The notes beneath the pieces were generated by a model. The model did not search any database, was not told the DNA's origin, and was given only the letters and a program-made list of their open reading frames with translations. From contig OW818675.1 in NCBI GenBank assembly GCA_942493095.1, positions 1,830,001-1,862,000 of the forward strand: a stretch of 32,000 bases of DNA, in the 5' to 3' direction. The stretch is from Candidatus Electronema halotolerans. Its GTDB lineage: Bacteria > Desulfobacterota > Desulfobulbia > Desulfobulbales > Desulfobulbaceae. A program made the position numbers and the translations under genes. Shown here in pieces: positions 9,845 to 17,100 of the stretch (the stretch's first letter is position 1; each line of letters begins with the position of its first letter).

Positions 9845-12487
9845 TCATTCACCGTTCACCATTGCCCCTTCCCGCACCAGCCTGCCGATGACAGTATAAT
9901 CCGTCTTGCCGCTGCCGAGAAGCGGGATCGCCTCCACCTGCTGCACCAGCCGGATATTATGCAGCGGCGACAGCCCGGCAGCACGGATGGCCTGATTGGC
10001 CTCCTGCCGGTCCGTGGCCAAAGTGGTCAGCAGCACCAGCTCCGGGTGCTGCTCGTCGCCGCTCGCAGCCACGGCCAGCACCGGCCCCTCGCCTGCCGGA
10101 TAATAGCTCTCCAAGGCCTGCTCAATTGCGGGCAGAGAAATCATCTCGCCGCCAATCTTGACAAAACGCTTCAGCCGCCCGGCAAAGACCAGCACCCCTT
10201 CCCACTCAAACATCAGGTCGCCGGTGTCGTACCACAACTCGCCGTCAAACTCAACAAAAGGCGACTTGGCCTCGCCAATATAGCCGCTGAACACATTTGG
10301 CCCGCGCACCAAGAGCCGCCCGTTCCTGCCCGGCGCAACAGGCTCGCCTGTCTCCGGGTCAAGGAGGATGCGCTGCATCGAGGGCAGCAGCTTGCCAACC
10401 GTGCCCAGCCGGGGATTGCTGAGGGAGTTGATTGCAATCATTGGTGAGCACTCGGTCACGCCGTAGCCTTCGCAAAGCACGGTCTGCGGGCATTTCTCCT
10501 TCAAGGCGGCAAAGACGTGGTCCGGGCATTTCTCGGCCCCGCTGCCGATCAGGCGCAGGGTGCGCAGCTGCTCCGGCTTGGCCGTGCGCAGCATTCCCTG
10601 CAAAAAAGTGGGCGTGGTGATCAGCACGGTTGTCCTGTAGGCGGCGGTCATCCGGGCCAGCATGGCTCCTTCGGTCGGATTGGGCCAATAAACAGTGCGC
10701 AGCCCGGTGCAGAGGGGCATGATCACTGTGCCCGCCAGACCAAGCGAATGAAAAATCGGCAGGATGCCAAGCAGACGGTCGTTGGAGGACAGGGACAGCA
10801 CTTGGGCGAAATCGCGCAAGTTGGCGAGAAAGTTGGCATGAGTAAGCGGCACGGCCTTGGGCCGCGCTTCTGAGCCGGAAGTAAAAAGGATGGCCGCGTT
10901 CTTGGCAATCTTGGCGTGACGGAGCTGGCTCCAAGACAATTGACTCTTGAGCAGAGCCGCGAGTTTCTGTCCCGCGCTGATGCCAGCCGCGATTTCTTCC
11001 AGATAAAGCCACGTCACCCCGACCTGGTCCAGCGCAAGTCCCTGTCCGGCCAGCCGCTCAGTCAGGGCTTTGGCAGTGATCACATTCTTGGCCCCGACCA
11101 CGCCGAGCGAGTGCTGCATATTGGCAATGCCGCTAGTCCAGTTGACCAAGACCGGTTCCTTGCCGCTGAAAACCACGGTCAGCCACGCCACTGCCGCTGC
11201 CACAGAGCTGGGCAGCATGATGCCGACGCGCTGCTCAGGCAGTTTCTCGATTTCCGGCAGCAGGGCGAAAATTGCCATGACGAGCTGCCGCCACGTCCTG
11301 TCGCCCCTGAGCTGGTCAGAAAGAATGACCTGATCAGGATTTTTTCGGGCCTGATCAAGGAACAGCTCGGCAAGAGTATTCCCCTCTGGCATGGTCAGCT
11401 TCCGCTCTTCGACCTGCGCAAACCAGCCTGCCGAAACCGGCTTCAGCTCCGCGCCTGCCAAGGTTGGCATGATGCCGCCCGCCGCCAGGATGCAGTCCGC
11501 AACTGTGCGCAGAGTCTCCAGATTGTCGGCGGAAACCCCGAATTCCTGTTGAAGCCACGCTCCAAACTCAGCCAAGACAATGCTGTCCAAACCAAGATCA
11601 GCGGCCAGACTGTCGCTTTCCTCAATATCCTCTGTTCCGGCCAGCTCTTGCAGCTTGGCCATGACTAACGTGCGGATTGACTCAGGAATCTTGCTCGTGT
11701 CCTTGTCGCTGAATTCCGGCTGGGTCTCGTCGTGATAAATCGGGGCACTGCCCTGCCACCACCAGAGCGGCACCTCGCTGTGGCGGTCAGGATGCTGGTT
11801 GTAAAAATCCTCCAGCCAGCGGTTGATCACCTGCTTGCCTGCGTTGCGGGGCGGAAAATCTGCTGGCTCCTCAACAAATTCCAGCTCAACCCGGCGGCGC
11901 GGCAGAAAAAAAATGCCGTTGGCCAGCACCGCCAGCAGCACCTTGCTGACATCCTTGAGCAGCGAGGGAATGCCTCGCGCCCGGCTGTAGCGGCTGCCCC
12001 AGAGGCCCCGCAGGCGGACCAGCACAATCCGGGCCTCCGGCACCGCATGAATGATCGTGGCTGCGCCGCTGTTGCCGCCGAGCAGCTCCAGATTGCCACG
12101 GCTTATTCGGCCTGATGGATAGAGCAGGATGCTGTCACCCTGCTTGAGCGCGGCAATGATTTCCTCAATGCCGACAATGACCTGATCTCGGACCTGCTGG
12201 CCGCTGGTGCTGAGGTCGGGAATGCGAATCGCCCGCAGCTGGTCCATCAGCCAGCGGAAGAGCGGCTGCGCAGTCTGTTTTTCGTCAGCCAGCGGACGCG
12301 GGGCAAAGGCAGGATAAATCAGGCTCATAATGATTATCGGGTCAATCAGAGCTTGATGATTGGGCAGAAAAAGCACTGGCCGATGGTCGTTGCGGCGGCT
12401 TTTCTTGATCTCCCGCAGGCCAGTGACACGGAGGCGGTAGCGGAGGCGGAGAAGCAGGGCAAAAAGATGCGAGAGCAGCGTTTTCAT
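9845..12487 (-). CDS. Multidomain lipid enzyme: PlsC-type acyltransferase + acyl carrier domain + AMP-dependent acyl-ACP/CoA synthetase (Aas-like)
   Basis: 880 aa; PlsC NHQALIDPIIIMSLIYP and LLYPSGRISR; ACP-like DSLAADLGLDSIVLAEFGAWLQQEFG; AMP-ligase AAILFTSGSEARPKAVPLTHANF, GYGVTECSPM, YDTGDL. Confidence 0.9.
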   Translation of the reverse strand: MKTLLSHLFALLLRLRYRLRVTGLREIKKSRRNDHRPVLFLPNHQALIDPIIIMSLIYPAFAPRPLADEKQTAQPLFRWLMDQLRAIRIPDLSTSGQQVRDQVIVGIEEIIAALKQGDSILLYPSGRISRGNLELLGGNSGAATIIHAVPEARIVLVRLRGLWGSRYSRARGIPSLLKDVSKVLLAVLANGIFFLPRRRVELEFVEEPADFPPRNAGKQVINRWLEDFYNQHPDRHSEVPLWWWQGSAPIYHDETQPEFSDKDTSKIPESIRTLVMAKLQELAGTEDIEESDSLAADLGLDSIVLAEFGAWLQQEFGVSADNLETLRTVADCILAAGGIMPTLAGAELKPVSAGWFAQVEERKLTMPEGNTLAELFLDQARKNPDQVILSDQLRGDRTWRQLVMAIFALLPEIEKLPEQRVGIMLPSSVAAAVAWLTVVFSGKEPVLVNWTSGIANMQHSLGVVGAKNVITAKALTERLAGQGLALDQVGVTWLYLEEIAAGISAGQKLAALLKSQLSWSQLRHAKIAKNAAILFTSGSEARPKAVPLTHANFLANLRDFAQVLSLSSNDRLLGILPIFHSLGLAGTVIMPLCTGLRTVYWPNPTEGAMLARMTAAYRTTVLITTPTFLQGMLRTAKPEQLRTLRLIGSGAEKCPDHVFAALKEKCPQTVLCEGYGVTECSPMIAINSLSNPRLGTVGKLLPSMQRILLDPETGEPVAPGRNGRLLVRGPNVFSGYIGEAKSPFVEFDGELWYDTGDLMFEWEGVLVFAGRLKRFVKIGGEMISLPAIEQALESYYPAGEGPVLAVAASGDEQHPELVLLTTLATDRQEANQAIRAAGLSPLHNIRLVQQVEAIPLLGSGKTDYTVIGRLVREGAMVNGE

Positions 12488-12590
12488 AGGAAAAATTGGA
12501 CAGATTTTAAATTACAATTTATCGACCTGCTTATCTGTCCTATTCTGCCCCGGAATCGCAAAAAACGCGAGCTTTTCTCAAAAGGGGCAA

Positions 12591-13213
12591 TTATTCTTTC
12601 CGTCCAGGCCGACCTTGCTTTTTATTTGACAGGCGAATTCCCAGTTTCTTTTCGATCTCTTCCTGAAATAGATTGCTGCCGGTCAACTGCCCTCTTTGCA
12701 ATGCTTCCCGTATCAGCTTGATTTCATATTCCTTATACGCTGTTTGCCGTTCCTGTTCAGCATCTCCTAATGAGAGATAAAACGGCGGTAGATCAACAAC
12801 TGCATCTTTTCAGATACTCCTTGGTGGATATTATGCTGGATTTATAGTGTCCTTTCCACAAGCTGCCTGAACGGCCCTCCATTTTGTTGACATATCTCGT
12901 CTGCTGCCCAGCAACTCGCTTCATCAGGAGCGCAAGTGATTCTGGATTCCCGCTTTAGTCAACGATGAGGTGGACATGGTTGGTCATCAGGCAGTTTATC
13001 CGCCACACGTAGGGTCGATTCATGAATCGACCCTACGTGTGGCTCCGGCTATATTTTGCAGCCGAACTCCTGTTAAAAGGCAGCAAGGTTTTCTCGGTAA
13101 TAATTATAATCGTCATCGGAAGTGAAAACAGTTTGACGATTATGTCCTCGCTGAACAATGTGGTGAGGAGTGTATGGAAGTATCATTCCGGCTGATCGAG
13201 GCCTTTTTGTCAT
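12591..13213 (-). pseudogene. Decayed Y1 (IS200-like / REP-associated tyrosine) transposase gene
   Basis: Own minus-strand translation: MTKRPRSAGMILPYTPHHIVQRGHNRQTVFTSDDDYNYYRENLAAF*QEFGCKI* ... CLMTNHVHLIVD*SGNPESLALLMKRVAGQQTRYVNKMEGRSGSLWKGHYKSSIISTKEYL ... LPPFYLSLGDAEQERQTAYKEYEIKLIREALQRGQLTGSNLFQEEIEKKLGIRLSNKKQGRPGRKE*. In-frame stops, frame changes and an inserted palindrome. Confidence 0.9.
13002..13043. repeat. Perfect 42-nt palindrome inside the Y1 transposase pseudogene
   Basis: gccacacgtagggtcgattcatgaatcgaccctacgtgtggc equals its own reverse complement. Confidence 0.97.
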
Positions 13214-13277
13214 CACGGTTATATCAAAATTCCGGTTTTCGTTATTTCTTCAAGAAAGCCGCTTTTACAAGAAGCAT

Positions 13278-13327
13278 CAAAAGGGGACAGATTTATTTTT
13301 TTAAAAAAATAAATCTGTCCCCTTTTG
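13278..13327. repeat. Perfect 50-nt palindrome, probable transposase-associated end
   Basis: caaaaggggacagatttattttttt|aaaaaaataaatctgtccccttttg, self-complementary, 65 bp upstream of the Y1 pseudogene start. Confidence 0.95.
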
Positions 13328-13501
13328 CTTATCAAGGTCAAGCAGAAGGTTTCCGGCTGCTTCCGAACACTTGAGGGAGCAGAACGATTCGCCTGTATCC
13401 GGGGATATATCTCCACGGTCCGTAAAAATTCAAGAAACATTTTTGAAGCGATCAAAGATGCTTTCCTTGGAAGTCCTTTTATCCCCGATGCCGCAGTATA
13501 A
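13328..13501 (+). pseudogene. 3' fragment of an IS66-like transposase
   Basis: Own translation: LIKVKQKVSGCFRTLEGAERFACIRGYISTVRKNSRNIFEAIKDAFLGSPFIPDAAV*, resembling the IS66 C-terminus. No start or upstream part; begins exactly where the 50-nt palindrome ends. Confidence 0.75.
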
Positions 13502-13510
13502 AAAACGAGT

Positions 13511-13547
13511 AAGGCCGTCTTCAGCACTTCTGAAAACGGCCTTTTTT
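13511..13547 (+). terminator. Rho-independent terminator-like hairpin, possibly bidirectional
   Basis: aaggccgt-c-ttcag-cactt-ctgaa-a-acggcctt followed by a T run; A run on the other side. Confidence 0.6.
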
Positions 13548-13660
13548 GTCAGGCTGAGTAGTTACTATTTCTCCTCCTCAAAAGTCCCCTTTTGCCTTGA
13601 AAACTGTTGAGATTTAGTAATTTTTTTTGCCGTTTTCGTCATTCAAGCAAACCTATTTAG

Positions 13661-13819
13661 CTATCTCAAATAATTACTAACAAGAAAAAAAAGTAAAAGA
13701 AAAAAACTTGCAAGCCCACCTTTTAGCAAATAGCTTTCTATTCCGACAACGTTGCTAATACGTTGAATACCAAACCCCATAACAATACAATATAAAGTAA
13801 ATGTAAACAAAAATCTCAT
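13661..13819 (-). CDS. Unlisted 52-aa hydrophobic ORF immediately downstream of the Rhs gene
   Basis: Own translation: MRFLFTFTLYCIVMGFGIQRISNVVGIESYLLKGGLASFFLLLFFLVSNYLR*. Two hydrophobic segments, ATG 28 bp after the Rhs stop, same strand; weak RBS. Below the apparent size cut-off of the ORF track. Confidence 0.45.
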   Translation of the reverse strand: MRFLFTFTLYCIVMGFGIQRISNVVGIESYLLKGGLASFFLLLFFLVSNYLR

Positions 13820-13847
13820 AGAAGTCACTTGCTATAAATTTCCCACT

Positions 13848-14180
13848 TCAATTACCATCACAAGGTGATGTTTGCTTCCATTCACCATTAATTGACTGTT
13901 CAGTAGCTCCCCCTAAAACTCCCCCCAATACAGCTGCTCCTATTGTTGTTGATACACTCCCGCCAATCAGTATAGCAGACGGATCACCTGTGACTGCTCC
14001 TACTACTGCCCCAGTAACGGCCCCCACTACTGCTCCACCTGCCGCTGCACCGATAATGTTTTCAGCATGGAATCCATTGCCTTGGATTGCTGAAATTACT
14101 TGAGAACCTAATCCGTATGATGCGCCACCAAGTCCCCCAATAACGGCCCCCGCGCCAGTGGCTGCCCAACTCCATAGCTT
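13848..14180 (-). other. Variable C-terminal tip of the Rhs protein (110 aa, Gly/Ala-rich)
   Basis: KLWSWAATGAGAVIGGLGGASYGLGSQVISAIQGNGFHAENIIGAAAGGAVVGAVTGAVVGAVTGDPSAILIGGSVSTTIGAAVLGGVLGGATEQSINGEWKQTSPCDGN, after the conserved DPEG core end. Confidence 0.7.
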
Positions 14181-17100
14181 TCCCTCAGGATCAACCAACC
14201 CCACCGGATCCCCCACCACATACCCATACAAATCCACATCCCCGCCCGCAAAGAAGATCGGGTCTTTAGCAACCCAACGCCCAATTGCCGGGTCGTAATC
14301 CCGGAAACCGAATTTGACCAGCCCGGTATCCCGGTCATGCAGGCCGCCTGCAAAGCCGAAGGGCACGGCCAAGGCGGGATTGCTGTCGGAAAGAATCGTG
14401 CCAAAGGAATCATAGCTGATTTCTTTGACCACATTGCCGGTCGCATCGGCAACAGTGCGCAGCGAGCCGACCTGATCATAGCCCAGATAATAGGTCGCGC
14501 CGCTGGCGGTCATGGCTGCGGGCATTCTGCCGTCCGCATACTCAAAGCGCATCAGCAGGTTGTCGCTGCCGTCATAGACTGCCATGAGTTTGGTCAGGCC
14601 AAGCCAGAGATATTTTTCCACAATCGTGCCGTTGACCTTCTTGGCAATCCTGCGGCCCAGCGGGTCGTGGAGGTATTCAATGCTCTTTCCGTCCGGCAAG
14701 GTGACTTGCAGCAGCTCGCCGCGAGAGGAATAATTGTAGGCAGTTACCTCAGCACCTTGGGTCTTCTTGGTCAAGAAGCCGTCTTTGTCAAACTCGTAGC
14801 TCACATCGCCTGCGGAGAGCAGATGATCTTCCTCCGAATAGCTATAATCCCGGCCAGATACACCCTTGAGGCTGTTCATTTCATGTGTGCGGCTGCCGTT
14901 CAGCCCGTACTGATACTCTTCCACAAGAATGCCGCCTTTTTTCACGGTCAGCAGCCTGCCCATGTCGTCATACGTGTAGGCATAGTCAACCGCGCTGCCG
15001 TTCACGGTCTCGGTCTTGCTCAGTATCCTGCCGTTTTTATTCCGAGTCACCGACCAGCCATTGACAGGCTGGGCATTGACCGTCGAGTTTTCCGCAGTCA
15101 GTTCGCCATAGCCGTTAAAGGTGCGGCTGCGGTTCAGGGCATTGCCGCTGACCTGCTCCGGCAAACCATTGGCCGCATTTCTGCTTATGGAATAAACACC
15201 GGAACTGATCAGCAGGCCGTCGTCATCATAGCTGAGATTTTCCGTGCTTCCGGCATACGTGATTGCGGAAAGATTGAAATCGTTATTATACGAGAACGTC
15301 AGCGTCTGATTGAGCGTGCCGCTTTTGCTTTCCGAGGTGAGCAAACTGCCGTCATAGCTGTAGGAAATGCTTTCACCGCCTTTGCTGATCGAACCAACCT
15401 TGGAGCTGCAAAGGTACGTATAATCAATATTGCCTTCAGGAGTCTGCGTCTGAGTCAGCAGATTGTCGGTGTAGATATTGCTGATCTGCGCGCCTGACGG
15501 GAAATCCGTTCGCTTCAGCCGCCTGTCCTTGTCATAAACATAGCTGTACGAGCCGCTGATCGGTGTTTGGTAAGCGTTCTGCCTGTTGACCTTGTTGTAG
15601 GCAAACAGATGGTTTGTCGCTGATGGATTGGTCAGCGCGGTCATGTTGCCGTTGCTGTCGTAGCTGAACTGCACAGTTGTTGTATCAGGCCGGGTTATTG
15701 CGGTCACTCTGCCGACTGCATCATGGCTGTAGGAGGTGCTGCGGCCTTCCGGGTCAGTCTGCGAGGCAAGAAAGCCCTGCGCGTCATAGCTGAACGCCGC
15801 TGTCCGGGTATCCGTGGTGACCGAGGTCAAACGGCCCTTGCTGTCGTAGGCATAGTTGGTCGGAGAAAGGCCAGGAATTTCCACGCTCGTAGTGAGCAGG
15901 GTCGCCGGATCATACGCAGCAGTCACAGTCCTGCCTTCCGGCGTAGTGACCGTCTTTTCCGCTGTCAGGGTGTTATGAACAAGGGTTGTTATTCTGCCGT
16001 CGCGGGAGACAGTTTCCGTAATCAGGTCAGGTATCTCGTCTGTATTCGTATCCTGATAGGTTTTATCTACTTGGGCGACTTTGGTCAGTCCGGCAGGCGA
16101 CTGCGTGCCTGTGCCATGCGCGACTTTGTACTTGTATTCCGCATCCAAACCGTAGTCTGTCCAGCTTGTCATGCCGCAGGAAAGCTCCCGTGTTTCACTG
16201 AGGCCGTCAGCAGAACGGCTGAACGTGCTTTCATTGCCGCTTGGATCAATTGTGGTGGTGGAAAAGGCACCGGTGGAAGCGGTATTATCCAGATTGGTGG
16301 TGCGGTTGCCCTCGGCAGTGAGGGAGTCGATCTGCACCTCGCCGTTCGCCAGCCGTTGGCGGGAGTATTGCCACTGGCCGCCTTCCTCGTCAAGCACCTC
16401 GACGATTTTGCCGTTGGCATCAAAATGATGTTCAAAACGGTTGCCGTTCGGCTCCGTCTCAACGGTCATCAGGCTGTCAGGGCTGTAGGTGAAATTGTAG
16501 GCACTGCTGTCCGGGTAAACGATCTTGGCAAGCTGCTTTTCCGCATTGATGTGCAGCTCGGTGCGCAGGCCGTCCGGGGAAACAATGGCAGTTGTTGTGC
16601 CGTTTGCATCCCGCTCAATGGTCGTGACATTGCCGAACTGGTCGGTGATGGAAAGCAGGTTGTTGTCGCTATCATAGCCGAATTCCTGTAGGACAAGGCC
16701 ACTGTCTAAATCAATGGTCTTTTTATGCAGACCGGCAGCGGACATGATGTAGCCGAGGCCGTTGGAGTCGGCAAAGGGGATGTCGCCTGCGGCAAGCAGG
16801 TCTGACTTGAATACAGCGGCGGCAAATTCAACTTTGCGGATGCGGTGGTGATCATACTCAGCCATGAAAATATTGCCAAGCTGATCCACTGCCACTTCAA
16901 TAGGATCATCAAGACTGGCCTCAAGAGCTGGGCCGCCGTCTCCGGCATAGCTCGATGACCCGTTTCCTGCCACTGTAGTAATGATGCCGTTTGGATCAAT
17001 CTTGCGGATACGAGAGTTGTATTCGTCGCAAATAAAGAGATTGCCCGCCTGATCTAGAGCAACATCCGTTGGACTGTTAAGTCGAGCTTCAATTGCCGGA

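Noticed and set aside
10916-11668. 250-aa plus-strand ORF
   Set aside because: Antisense to the acyltransferase-ligase gene.
13278-13327. Palindrome as a CRISPR or tRNA-related structure
   Set aside because: Only one copy, no spacer periodicity and no tRNA-like arms. No CRISPR array, tRNA or rRNA was recognised in the window.
13219-13527. 102-aa minus-strand ORF
   Set aside because: Runs through the 50-nt palindrome and antisense to the IS66-like remnant; a product of mobile-element debris.
14337-15497. 386-aa plus-strand ORF
   Set aside because: Shadow ORF opposite the YD-repeat coding frame; no RBS or motif.
15723-16691. 322-aa plus-strand ORF
   Set aside because: Shadow ORF opposite Rhs.
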